A DNA stretch of 64,000 nt from Acetofilamentum sp. GTDB taxonomy: Bacteria > Bacteroidota > Bacteroidia > Bacteroidales > JAADGE01. The notes under the pieces were generated by a model. That model was not told where the DNA came from. It was given only the letters and a program-made list of their open reading frames with translations, and ran no database searches. Positions 9,065 to 18,708 of this stretch are shown in pieces (positions within the stretch are counted from its first letter, which is position 1; each line of letters starts with the position of its first letter). Position numbers and translations under genes: made by a program. The stretch is taken from the NCBI GenBank assembly GCA_020720665.1, contig DYOF01000001.1:25950-89949 (forward strand). The letters run 5' to 3'.

Positions 9065-10402
9065 ATGAAAGGAAAACGAATTGTCATATTGGGCGGAGGC
9101 ATCAGCGGAGTAGGTGCAGCCATTCTTGCAAAAAAACAAGGATTTGATGTTTTTGTTTCGGAAAAAGCACATATTTCTGATGCCGATAAAAATCGTTTAA
9201 TAAATGCCGATATTCTTTTTGAAGAAGAACAACATTCCAAAAATTTGATTTTAAATGCCTCTGAAATAATTAAAAGTCCGGGTATTCCTGATAAAGCAGA
9301 CATTGTTAAAGAAGCAATAACTAATAAAATCCCTGTAATATCTGAAATTGAATTTGCCTCAAGATATACCGATGCAAAATTAATTTGTATTACCGGAAGC
9401 AACGGAAAAACAACAACAACACAGTTAATTTATCATATTTTTAAACAAGCAGGATACAATGTAGGTATTGCCGGAAATGTAGGACAATCTTTTGCTTTGC
9501 AGGTTGCAGATAATAAATTTGATTATTATGTATTAGAGTTAAGCAGCTTTCAGCTCGACAATATGTACGAATTTAAAGCCGACGTTGCCGTATTATTAAA
9601 TATAACACCCGATCATTTAGATCGTTACAATTATAATTTTCAAAATTATATCAATTCAAAATTCAGGATAATTCAAAATTTAACTTCAACCGACAGTTTT
9701 ATATTTTGTGCGGATGATGAACAAATTCAAAATGAACTCTCAAAAAAAACAATTAATGCTCAAATGTTTCCATTCTCAGTGAAAAATGAAATACCGAACG
9801 GAGCTTATAAACACAAAAATCAAATACATTTTAACATAAATTCTAAACAATTCATAATGGAAAATTCTCTCTTGTCAATCGAAGGTGATCATAATATCTA
9901 TAATTCTATGGCTGCCGGACTTGCTGCAATGATAAACAATATAAAGAATGAGGAAATTAAAAAAAGCCTGTCCGGTTTTACAGGTGTTGAACATCGTTTA
10001 GAAAAATATATTAAGGTAAGAGGTATTCAATTTATTAATGATTCTAAAGCAACGAATGTAAATTCGGTTTGGTATGCCTTACAAACTATAAATGACCCTA
10101 TTGTGTTAATTATGGGTGGTACCGACAAAGGCAATGATTATGGTGTGTTGAAAGATTTAGTTAAACGAAAGGTAAAAGCAATTGTTGCTCTCGGGCTTGA
10201 TAACCAAGCTATTTTTGATGCTTTTGAGGATTTTGTAAATGTTTATGATACAAAATCCATGCATGAAGCAGTGAAAACGGCTTATCAAATAGCCTATGAA
10301 GGGGATGCGGTATTGCTGTCGCCCGCATGTGCCAGCTTTGATTTGTTTGAGAACTACGAAGACAGAGGAACTCAGTTTAAAAACGAAGTCAGAAATTTAT
10401 AA
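9065..10402 (+). CDS. murD: UDP-MurNAc-L-alanine:D-glutamate ligase MurD
   Basis: N-terminal Rossmann GGGISGVGAA, P-loop ITGSNGKTTT, plus dcw position. Confidence 0.9.
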   Translation: MKGKRIVILGGGISGVGAAILAKKQGFDVFVSEKAHISDADKNRLINADILFEEEQHSKNLILNASEIIKSPGIPDKADIVKEAITNKIPVISEIEFASRYTDAKLICITGSNGKTTTTQLIYHIFKQAGYNVGIAGNVGQSFALQVADNKFDYYVLELSSFQLDNMYEFKADVAVLLNITPDHLDRYNYNFQNYINSKFRIIQNLTSTDSFIFCADDEQIQNELSKKTINAQMFPFSVKNEIPNGAYKHKNQIHFNINSKQFIMENSLLSIEGDHNIYNSMAAGLAAMINNIKNEEIKKSLSGFTGVEHRLEKYIKVRGIQFINDSKATNVNSVWYALQTINDPIVLIMGGTDKGNDYGVLKDLVKRKVKAIVALGLDNQAIFDAFEDFVNVYDTKSMHEAVKTAYQIAYEGDAVLLSPACASFDLFENYEDRGTQFKNEVRNL

Positions 10403-10420
10403 CGTATTAAAGGAAACGAA

Positions 10421-11584
10421 GTGTCTGTATTAAAAAAATATTTCTTAGGCGACAGCGTATTATGGATAATAACTTTATTACTCTTATTGCTGTCTATTCC
10501 GGCTGTATATAGTGCATCTGCCATGATTTCACATAAATCATATCATGGGGATATGCATTTTTTAGTCAGACAAATTTCTGCAGTTGCCTTTGCGCTTTTG
10601 GTAATTTTTATTGTATCTCGAATTAATTATAAATTATGGTTGAAATTAATAAAATTTATTTTCCCCATAATTATTGTAATACTTTTATTTACTTTGCTTA
10701 CAGGAGTTTCTCATAACGATGCAAAACGATGGTTTTTAATCCCGTTAATAGGAATTGAAGTGCAAACATCCGAATTAGCAAAAATTGCTTTAATAATTTT
10801 TGTGGCAGCTTCTTTAGCTACTAAACGAAATGATGCGGAAGTTCATGATTCAAAGGTGAAAATCGCAGTTTGGACAAGTGTATTGACAATCGGTTTGATT
10901 TTTCCGGCAGATTTATCATCAGCACTTATGATATTAGTAATCATCGGAATCGTTATGTTTATAGGTTCTGTTCAGTTAAAGAAAATATATAAAATTATTT
11001 TAATTGCCGGTGCTGCATTTGTTGTTTATATGTTAATTGCAGAAGCATATCATTTACCCGGTCGTTTATCTACATGGACTCATCGGATTGAAGTTTTCTT
11101 AGGTGATGATACTGAGTTGCATAGCGACGAAACGTATCAGTTAGATATTTCAAAAATGGCAATTGTTAACGGAGGTTTCAGAGGTCAAGGACCGGGAAAC
11201 GGAACGGTCAGGTATTTATTGCCGCAATCTCATTCTGATTTCATTTTTGCCTTTATTGTAGAAGAATATGGGTTTTTTATGGCATTATTTATTATTTCAT
11301 TATATGGTGCTTTATTTTACAGAGGAATAAGAATTGCACGAAAAACCGGTAGCTTATTCGCAGCTTATTTAGCAATCGGGTTAACAGTTGCGATTGTTAT
11401 GCAGGCTTTAATTAATATCGGTGTTTCGGTAGGAGCACTTCCGGTAACAGGGCAAACACTACCTTTAATCAGTATGGGACGCACATCCTTATTCGTAACA
11501 AGTTTTTCAATAGGTGTTATAATAAATATAAGTAAAATGACAGATGTTAGTGATGATGCAGAATCAAATGAAAATGTTAATTAA
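10421..11584 (+). CDS. ftsW: SEDS-family lipid II flippase/peptidoglycan polymerase FtsW
   Basis: Polytopic. Blocks HSDFIFAFIVEEYGF and GQTLPLISMGRTS resemble SEDS signatures. It lies between murD and murG. GTG start. Confidence 0.85.
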   Translation: MSVLKKYFLGDSVLWIITLLLLLLSIPAVYSASAMISHKSYHGDMHFLVRQISAVAFALLVIFIVSRINYKLWLKLIKFIFPIIIVILLFTLLTGVSHNDAKRWFLIPLIGIEVQTSELAKIALIIFVAASLATKRNDAEVHDSKVKIAVWTSVLTIGLIFPADLSSALMILVIIGIVMFIGSVQLKKIYKIILIAGAAFVVYMLIAEAYHLPGRLSTWTHRIEVFLGDDTELHSDETYQLDISKMAIVNGGFRGQGPGNGTVRYLLPQSHSDFIFAFIVEEYGFFMALFIISLYGALFYRGIRIARKTGSLFAAYLAIGLTVAIVMQALINIGVSVGALPVTGQTLPLISMGRTSLFVTSFSIGVIINISKMTDVSDDAESNENVN

Positions 11585-12699
11585 TGGAAAAAATTAAAGC
11601 AAATATTATAATCAGCGGTGGTGGTACCGGCGGACATATTTTTCCTGCCATATCTATTGCTCAAGCCCTTCAGCAAATCAGTCCGGATATAAAAATTCTG
11701 TTTGTAGGAGCAAAAGGCAAAATTGAAGAGAAAAAAGTTCCGGAAGCAGGGTTTGAAATTAAACTTATTGATATCAGAGGTTTTGAGAGAAAAATTTCAT
11801 TTGAAACCATTAAAAATATTTTTCGACTTTTTGTCAGCTATTTTAAATGCAGAAAAATTATAAAGCAATTTAAACCGGATGTTGTTGTAGGTGTGGGCGG
11901 ATATGCAAGCGGTCCGTTAGTTTATGCCGCCGTTAAAAAAGGAATACCGGCTTTAATTCAGGAACAAAATTCGTATCCGGGAATAACGAATAAAATTTTA
12001 TCTAAATCTGTCGATAAAATATGTGTGGCTTATGATCAGACAGAACGTTTTTTTCCTGCCGAAAAAATTGTTGTTACCGGAAATCCTGTCCGTAAAGATT
12101 TGACACAAATGAGTGTAACAAAAGAGGAAGTTCATAATTTTTTCGGTTTTGAAGAAGATAAAAAAGTTATTTTAAGCTTAGGAGGAAGCGGAGGTGCTAA
12201 AAGCATAAATGAAAGTATTAAGCAAAAAATTAATACCATATCACAAGCGAATATTTATTTTATATGGCAAACCGGAAAAACCTATTATGAAGAGTATAAT
12301 AATGCTGTTATTGAATCGGGGGCAAAAAACATTAAAGTGTATGATTTTATTTCAAGAATGGATTTGGCATTTAAAGCTGCCGATTTAGTAATTTCCAGAG
12401 CCGGAGCCGGTACAATATCTGAACTCGGGTGTTTGGCGAAAGCAACAATATTAGTTCCCTCACCCAATGTTGCAGAAGACCATCAAACTAAAAATGCAAC
12501 AGCTCTTGTAAATAAAAATGCGGCAATTTTGATTTCTGATAAGGATGCAAATGAAAAATTAGTTGATGAAGCCCTTCGTTTAATTTCAAATCAAGACAAA
12601 TTGAACGAATTATCAACAAATATTTTTAATGAAAAACTATCGGATTCTGATGTTAAAATTGCAGAGGAAGTTTTAAAACTAATAAAAAAGCAGAACTAA
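11584..12699 (+). CDS. murG: UDP-GlcNAc:lipid I N-acetylglucosaminyltransferase MurG
   Basis: SGGGTGGHIFPA N-terminal loop, GGSGGAKSIN and RAGAGTISE blocks. Its start overlaps the ftsW stop (TAATG). Confidence 0.9.
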   Translation: MEKIKANIIISGGGTGGHIFPAISIAQALQQISPDIKILFVGAKGKIEEKKVPEAGFEIKLIDIRGFERKISFETIKNIFRLFVSYFKCRKIIKQFKPDVVVGVGGYASGPLVYAAVKKGIPALIQEQNSYPGITNKILSKSVDKICVAYDQTERFFPAEKIVVTGNPVRKDLTQMSVTKEEVHNFFGFEEDKKVILSLGGSGGAKSINESIKQKINTISQANIYFIWQTGKTYYEEYNNAVIESGAKNIKVYDFISRMDLAFKAADLVISRAGAGTISELGCLAKATILVPSPNVAEDHQTKNATALVNKNAAILISDKDANEKLVDEALRLISNQDKLNELSTNIFNEKLSDSDVKIAEEVLKLIKKQN

Positions 12700-12702
12700 A
12701 AA

Positions 12703-14112
12703 ATGCAAACTAATTACCAATTTTCAGAACATATTAAAGCGGCTTATTTTATAGGTATCGGCGGAATCGGTATGAGTGCGTTGGCAAGATACTTTAATCA
12801 TGCAGGTGTTTTTACCGCAGGTTACGATAAAACATCTTCTTCAGTCACCGAAAGCTTAACTTCTGAAGGAATTTCCGTGCATTATGTTGATGAAATTTTA
12901 TTAATAAATTCTGAAATTTTGAACTTACCTAAGGATGAAGTAATTGTAGTTTACACACCGGCAGTACCGAAATCTCATAAAGAACTGAATTGGTTTTTAA
13001 ACAATAACTATTCGGTTTATAAACGCGCAGAAGTGTTAGGCGGAATAACAAATTTATATAAAACTATTGCGGTAGCCGGAACACACGGAAAAACTTCAAT
13101 TTCAGCTATAATTTCTCATATTTTTAAAACTGCAAATGAAAACTTTAATGCCTTTTTAGGCGGAATTTCTAAAAATTATAACAGTAATTTAATTTTAAAC
13201 AGTTCATCTGATTCTGAACCCTTTGCTGTTACCGAAGCCGATGAATTTGACCGATCTTTTTTACGCTTAAACCCTTGGATGGCTGTAATTACTTCAGTTG
13301 ACGAAGACCATTTGGATATTTATAAAAATTTAGCGGATATTATCGAAACATTTGAACATTTTATCGGACAAATTGATAAAAAAGGATATTTAATTATTAA
13401 ACAATCACTTCAATTAAATTCAAACTGTTACCCTCAAAATGTTTATACTTATGCGTTTAATCAAAAAGCTGATTTTTATGCAGATAATATTAAAACCTTT
13501 GAGGACAAAAGTGTATTTGATATTATAACACCCGGCGTAAAATTATCGGATATTGAAATTAATATTCCGGGAAATTTGAATATTGAAAATGTAGTCGCAG
13601 CATCAGCAGTTGCATATATTAAAGGTGTTTCAGAAGAAAATATAAAAAGTGCTTTGAAATCATGGTCAGGCGTAAAAAGACGATTTGAGTATATTATTAA
13701 AACGCCCGAATTTGTTTATATTGATGATTATGCCCATCATCCTGAGGAATTAAGAAGTTTTATTAATTCAGTAAGAAGTATATACCCAAAAAAAAGAATA
13801 AGCGGAATTTTTCAACCGCATTTATATACACGAACTCGTGACTTTGCTGATGATTTTGCAAAAAGTTTAGATTTGCTTGACAAGTTGTATTTATTAGATA
13901 TTTATCCGGCACGTGAAGAACCTATTGAAGGTGTGAGTTCAGAACTGATTTTTAATTCTGTTACAAATCAAAATAAATATCTGACAACAAAAAATGAACT
14001 TTTAAGTAAAATAACCCTTAATGATACTGATATTCTCCTTACAATAGGTGCCGGAGATATTGATAAATCGGTAAATCAAATAAAAGAAAAATTATTGAAT
14101 TTATTGAAATAG
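12703..14112 (+). CDS. murC: UDP-N-acetylmuramate:L-alanine ligase MurC
   Basis: FIGIGGIGMSALA, P-loop AGTHGKTS, DDYAHHP. Confidence 0.9.
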   Translation: MQTNYQFSEHIKAAYFIGIGGIGMSALARYFNHAGVFTAGYDKTSSSVTESLTSEGISVHYVDEILLINSEILNLPKDEVIVVYTPAVPKSHKELNWFLNNNYSVYKRAEVLGGITNLYKTIAVAGTHGKTSISAIISHIFKTANENFNAFLGGISKNYNSNLILNSSSDSEPFAVTEADEFDRSFLRLNPWMAVITSVDEDHLDIYKNLADIIETFEHFIGQIDKKGYLIIKQSLQLNSNCYPQNVYTYAFNQKADFYADNIKTFEDKSVFDIITPGVKLSDIEINIPGNLNIENVVAASAVAYIKGVSEENIKSALKSWSGVKRRFEYIIKTPEFVYIDDYAHHPEELRSFINSVRSIYPKKRISGIFQPHLYTRTRDFADDFAKSLDLLDKLYLLDIYPAREEPIEGVSSELIFNSVTNQNKYLTTKNELLSKITLNDTDILLTIGAGDIDKSVNQIKEKLLNLLK

Positions 14113-14892
14113 ATGAACAAACGAAATAAAATAATAAGTTTTTCCGGAATAGCTGTAATTTTAGTTATTCTAATTGTGTATTTCCTGTTTTCTAAACAAC
14201 CCGTTTGTAAACAAGTAGAAATTTTGATTTCGGGTGAAGAAAAAGATTTAATTATTGACCGAGAAAATATAAAAACAATAATTTTTACTGAATATAAAGA
14301 TTTAATCGGACGTTCATTTAATACCATTGATTTATCGAAAATTGAATATATTTTGCAAGCACATCCTTCTGTTAAAAATGCAGAAGTTTATAAAAAAATG
14401 AATGGTTATTTGGTTGTTAAATTAGATTCCAGAATACCTATTGTCAGAGTAATGCCGGTTTCAGGAAATGATTTTTATATCGACCGTGAAGGCAATTTAT
14501 TCCCGGTTTCAAAAATCGGAAGTTCAAGAGTTATGGTCGCCAACGGAAATATTCGATTTAAGTATGATAACTCATTAAAAACAATAGGGAAGGATACAAC
14601 AGTCAGCAAGTCTGTTAAAGAAATTTTTTTAATTGCTCAAAATATTTCCGAAGATGAATTTATGAAAGCACAAATTGAACAAATTTACAGAACCGGAAAA
14701 AATGAATACGAATTGATACCTACAGTGGGTAATCACATCGTCCTTCTCGGCGATATATTCAATTACAAAAAAAAAATAAGTTATTTAAAACACTTTTACT
14801 TACATGTAATTAATAAAGTCGGTTGGCGTACATATGATTATATAAGTTTAAAATATAAAAATCAAATTGTTTGCAGAAAAAGTAATACATAA
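14113..14892 (+). CDS. ftsQ: cell-division protein FtsQ
   Basis: Single N-terminal TM (IISFSGIAVILVILIVYFLF) followed by a POTRA-like region. It occupies the conserved slot between murC and ftsA. Confidence 0.7.
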   Translation: MNKRNKIISFSGIAVILVILIVYFLFSKQPVCKQVEILISGEEKDLIIDRENIKTIIFTEYKDLIGRSFNTIDLSKIEYILQAHPSVKNAEVYKKMNGYLVVKLDSRIPIVRVMPVSGNDFYIDREGNLFPVSKIGSSRVMVANGNIRFKYDNSLKTIGKDTTVSKSVKEIFLIAQNISEDEFMKAQIEQIYRTGKNEYELIPTVGNHIVLLGDIFNYKKKISYLKHFYLHVINKVGWRTYDYISLKYKNQIVCRKSNT

Positions 14893-14929
14893 AAAAATAT
14901 ATAATTCGAACAATTAAAATATTATCACC

Positions 14930-16237
14930 ATGAGAGAAATTGTAACAGCTATTGACATCGGAACAACCAAAATTATTGCATTAGCAGGAGAACGAGGCGA
15001 AAACGGAAAAATCAGAATTATTACACAAGGAAGTGTCCCGACACCTCCGAAAAGTGTAAAAATGGGTGTAGTAGAAAATATTGAAATCGTTTCCGGAGCA
15101 ATAAAAGAAGCCGTGAAAATAGCAGAAGAAAAATCTGATATAAAATTTTCCTCGGCGTTCATAGGTATTGCAGGACAACACGTTAAAAGTATTTATACCA
15201 AACACTCAAAATTTATTAATTCTGAAGATGAGCTGATTAAACAGGAGGATATTGATATAATGATTTCTGACATCAAAAAGATGTCTTTAGAAGCAAATGA
15301 GGAAATTTTAGATGTGATTCCGCAAACCTATACAATAGACAAAGATTCCGGAATTGACCAACCCGTAGGGCGACACGGCAGAAATATTTCAGGTAATTTT
15401 CATGTGATTATCGGCGATACTGCTTCTGCAAAAAATATAAAACGCAGTGTTGAATTAGCCGGAATTAAAGTAAGTGATTTATTTCTTGAACCAATTGCTT
15501 CTGCAAAAGCGGTTTTAAACGACGAAGAAAAAGAAGCCGGTGTCGCATTAATTGATATCGGCGGCGGAACTACCGATTTAGCAATTTATTATGATGGAAT
15601 TTTAAGGCATACAGCTGTAATTCCTTTTGGCGGTGATGTGATTACAAAAGATATTAAGAATGCCTATCAAATTTTACAAAAATATGCAGAAAAATTAAAA
15701 ACCGAGCACGGTACGGCACTTAGTGAATTTGCAAAAAAAGAAGTTTTAGCTGTTATTCCCGGAATAAGCGGAAGAGAACCCAAAGAAATATCGCTGGTTG
15801 AACTCTCCAAAATTATTCAAGCTCGAATGGAAGAGATAATTAATATTTTAAATTTCGAAATTATTAATACAGGATATAAAGAAAAATTGGCTGCCGGTAT
15901 TGCTTTAACAGGAGGCGGTTCATTATTAGAAAAAATTGCTCAATTAATGAAATTTATGACCGGTTTGGATGTAAAACTGTCTAAGCCGTCAAATTCAGTT
16001 TCTTCGGGTAGTGAACGAGTAAACAGTCCGAAATTATCAACAGCAGTAGGTTTAATAATGTTAGGTTTTGAAAATATTGAAAAATCAGCAAAACCTGATT
16101 TGAAAACTAAATCGGTGAAAAAGACTAAAGAAAAAAAATCAGGCGGACTTAAAAACTTATTCACATCAATAACCCAAACTGCTAAGCAAACAGCGATAAA
16201 GTTTTTTGAGGACGAAGACACTGAAATAAAAAATTAG
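14930..16237 (+). CDS. ftsA: cell-division protein FtsA
   Basis: Actin-fold phosphate loops AIDIGTTKI and LIDIGGGTTDLA, and a basic C-terminal tail. Confidence 0.9.
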   Translation: MREIVTAIDIGTTKIIALAGERGENGKIRIITQGSVPTPPKSVKMGVVENIEIVSGAIKEAVKIAEEKSDIKFSSAFIGIAGQHVKSIYTKHSKFINSEDELIKQEDIDIMISDIKKMSLEANEEILDVIPQTYTIDKDSGIDQPVGRHGRNISGNFHVIIGDTASAKNIKRSVELAGIKVSDLFLEPIASAKAVLNDEEKEAGVALIDIGGGTTDLAIYYDGILRHTAVIPFGGDVITKDIKNAYQILQKYAEKLKTEHGTALSEFAKKEVLAVIPGISGREPKEISLVELSKIIQARMEEIINILNFEIINTGYKEKLAAGIALTGGGSLLEKIAQLMKFMTGLDVKLSKPSNSVSSGSERVNSPKLSTAVGLIMLGFENIEKSAKPDLKTKSVKKTKEKKSGGLKNLFTSITQTAKQTAIKFFEDEDTEIKN

Positions 16238-16260
16238 TAACCATATAAAAAAATAGAATC

Positions 16261-17760
16261 ATGGATGATTTATTGCCTTTTGATTTACCGACAAATTTTG
16301 CCTCCATTATTAAAGTTTTCGGAGTTGGAGGAGGGGGCAGCAATGCAGTTACTCACATGTTTTTAAAAGGAATTACCGGAGTTGATTTTGTAGTCGCAAA
16401 CACCGACCTGCAAGCCCTTTCTAAATGCCCCGTTAATACCAAAGTTCAACTGGGAAAAACACTGACCGAGGGATTAGGAGCCGGCAACCAACCCGAAGTC
16501 GGCAGGGAAGCCGCAATCGAAAGTTTAGAAGATATTAAAACCGTTTTAGCTGCCGGAACCAAAATGGTATTTATCACCGCCGGAATGGGCGGAGGCACAG
16601 GAACAGGCGGTGCGCCCGTCATTGCACAAGCAGCGAAAGAAATGGGCATACTAACGGTAGGTATTGTTACTATTCCTTTCGGATATGAGGGTGAAAAAAG
16701 AATACGGTCAGCAATAGAAGGTATTTCCCAAATGGAACAACAGGTAGATGCTTTGTTAGTAATTAATAATGAAAAAATTCGCGAAATATACGGCGATTTA
16801 CCTGCAAGCGTTGCTCTGGGCAAAGCCGATGAGGTTTTAACAACCGCAGCAAAAGGGATTGCCGAAATTATTACCATTGAAGGAAATATTAATGTTGATT
16901 TTGCCGATGTTAAAACCGTTATGAAAGGAAGCGGAGTCGCATTAATGGGTACCGGCGAAGCCGAAGGTGAACACAGAGCAGAAGCGGCAATTAAAGAAGC
17001 TCTGACATCACCCTTGTTGGATAATACAGATATTAAAGGAGCCAAAAACATTTTATTAAATATTACTTCAGGAATTAAAGAAGCAACTCTTGATGAAATT
17101 GACTATATCAATACTTTTGTTCAAAGAGAAGCCGGAAATAAAGCCGATTTAATTTGGGGAAGTAACCGAAATGAAAATTTAGGAGATAAAATTGCTGTAA
17201 CCATTATAGCAACAGGCTTTGCGACAAATGATGTACCCAAATTATATGCTGCCGGGCAAATTAGTAAAGACGAGGTGAAAGAAGAAAAAAAAGTAATTCA
17301 TATAGCCGATAAAGAAGATTATATCACAGATGACGACAAAGATGAGTTTCTTAATGACGACAATATTTTCGATTCATACAATAAAGAACAGCAAATCCGA
17401 ATTAAAGAAGTAAAAAAAGAAAATGCTTCTGACGGAATTGAACGTTCTCATAATTCCTATTTTTCAAACGAAGGAAAAGCAGAAACAAATGAAGTTGAAT
17501 TTGAGTTAGTTACTTCATCAGAATCGAACAACAAGATTAATAACAATAATGAAATGCAATCAACCCGGTTTTATGTTTCAAATTATCAAGAAAACTTACA
17601 CGATTTAGAAGAAGTTCCTGCATATAAAAGAAAAGGAATTGTGCTGAATAACGAAACATTTTCTGAAAAAGATAAATTTTCTCGCTTTACTCTTTCTGTC
17701 GATAACGGCGAAATAAGTCTAAATCAAAATAATTCATATCTGCACGACAAGGCAGACTGA
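16261..17760 (+). CDS. ftsZ: cell-division GTPase FtsZ
   Basis: Tubulin signature GMGGGTGTGGAPV, NTDLQAL, long acidic/Asn-rich linker and C-terminal peptide LEEVPAYKRKG followed by 40 further residues. Confidence 0.95.
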   Translation: MDDLLPFDLPTNFASIIKVFGVGGGGSNAVTHMFLKGITGVDFVVANTDLQALSKCPVNTKVQLGKTLTEGLGAGNQPEVGREAAIESLEDIKTVLAAGTKMVFITAGMGGGTGTGGAPVIAQAAKEMGILTVGIVTIPFGYEGEKRIRSAIEGISQMEQQVDALLVINNEKIREIYGDLPASVALGKADEVLTTAAKGIAEIITIEGNINVDFADVKTVMKGSGVALMGTGEAEGEHRAEAAIKEALTSPLLDNTDIKGAKNILLNITSGIKEATLDEIDYINTFVQREAGNKADLIWGSNRNENLGDKIAVTIIATGFATNDVPKLYAAGQISKDEVKEEKKVIHIADKEDYITDDDKDEFLNDDNIFDSYNKEQQIRIKEVKKENASDGIERSHNSYFSNEGKAETNEVEFELVTSSESNNKINNNNEMQSTRFYVSNYQENLHDLEEVPAYKRKGIVLNNETFSEKDKFSRFTLSVDNGEISLNQNNSYLHDKAD

Positions 17761-17783
17761 TAAAAATTTATACCTGTGATTTT

Positions 17784-17821
17784 AGCCCTGTTTTGAATAT
17801 GTTCAATCAGGGCTTTTTTTA
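17784..17821 (+). terminator. rho-independent terminator after ftsZ
   Basis: Stem AGCCCTG (17784-17790) pairs with CAGGGCT (17808-17814), followed directly by a T-run (to 17820). Confidence 0.6.
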
Positions 17822-17851
17822 TTTATAAATTTTTTGACAATGAATAAAACG

Positions 17852-17859
17852 TATATTTG
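17852..17859 (+). promoter_or_regulatory. candidate -7 promoter box (TAnnTTTG)
   Basis: TATATTTG, 12 nt before the ATG at 17871. Confidence 0.35.
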
Positions 17860-17870
17860 TAAAAAAAATA

Positions 17871-18707
17871 ATGATAAAAATTGGAAATTATAATAATTTA
17901 AGGGTTGTTAAAACAGTCGATTTCGGAATCTATCTTGACGGAGAAGAAGCCGGTGAAATATTAATGCCCTTAAAATATGTTCCTCAAGGTACCGTCCCCG
18001 AAGATTTTATTGATGTGTTCATTTATTCCGATTCAGAAGACCGTTTAATAGCTACTACCGAAACTCCCTATGCTAAAGTCAATGAGTTTGCATACCTGAA
18101 GGTAAAAGCGGTAAATAAATTCGGAGCTTTTTTAGATTGGGGAATTTTAAAGGATTTGCTTGTGCCTTTCAGAGAGCAAAAATCAGATATGATACAAGGG
18201 AAAAGTTATATTGTATATATTTATTTAGATGAAAAAACAAATCGGCTGGCTGCTACTGCAAAAATTAATAAGTTTATAAGCTCAAACATACCCGAATATA
18301 CTGAAAATTCAGAAGTTGAAATATTAATTGAAGGTGAAACAGAAATAGGCTATAAAGCAATTGTAGAAAATCAATTTTCAGGTTTATTGTATAAAAATGA
18401 AGTGTTTACATCTTTATTTGCCGGTGATAAAAAAAAGGCTTTCGTTAAAAAAGTCAGAACAGACGGTAAAATTGATTTGACTTTACAAAAAGTCGGGTAT
18501 GAGCAAATTGATGATATTTCTAAAAAAATTCTTAGGATTATTAAAGAAAATAAAGGCTTTATTGCGGCAAATGACAACAGCTCTCCGGAAATGATTAAAG
18601 TTTTATTCGGTATCAGTAAAAAATCGTTCAAAAAAGCAATCGGTAGTTTGTATAAAGAACGATTAATTGTTTTTGAAGCCGACGGTTTGCGTTTGGTAGA
18701 TAAATAA
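17871..18707 (+). CDS. S1-domain RNA-binding protein, CvfB/YitL family
   Basis: 278 aa with repeated S1-like modules (FGIYLDGEEAGEILMP..., GAFLDWGILKDLLVPFREQ) and a winged-helix-like C-terminus. This is the pattern I associate with YitL/CvfB. Confidence 0.7.
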   Translation: MIKIGNYNNLRVVKTVDFGIYLDGEEAGEILMPLKYVPQGTVPEDFIDVFIYSDSEDRLIATTETPYAKVNEFAYLKVKAVNKFGAFLDWGILKDLLVPFREQKSDMIQGKSYIVYIYLDEKTNRLAATAKINKFISSNIPEYTENSEVEILIEGETEIGYKAIVENQFSGLLYKNEVFTSLFAGDKKKAFVKKVRTDGKIDLTLQKVGYEQIDDISKKILRIIKENKGFIAANDNSSPEMIKVLFGISKKSFKKAIGSLYKERLIVFEADGLRLVDK

Positions 18708-18708
18708 A

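Noticed and set aside
8944-9402. 152-aa ORF antisense across the mraY/murD junction
   Set aside because: It overlaps two strongly supported plus-strand genes and has no recognisable motifs. It is a shadow ORF. The same reasoning applies to 2654-2887, 3268-3486, 3860-4129, 4211-4438, 8184-8607, 12285-12467, 14076-14327, 14914-15205 and 15940-16221.
16446-17051. 201-aa ORF antisense to ftsZ
   Set aside because: It lies entirely inside the well-supported ftsZ frame. Its Ala/Pro/Ser-rich composition is what the reverse complement of the Gly/Ala-rich GTPase core produces. It is a shadow ORF.
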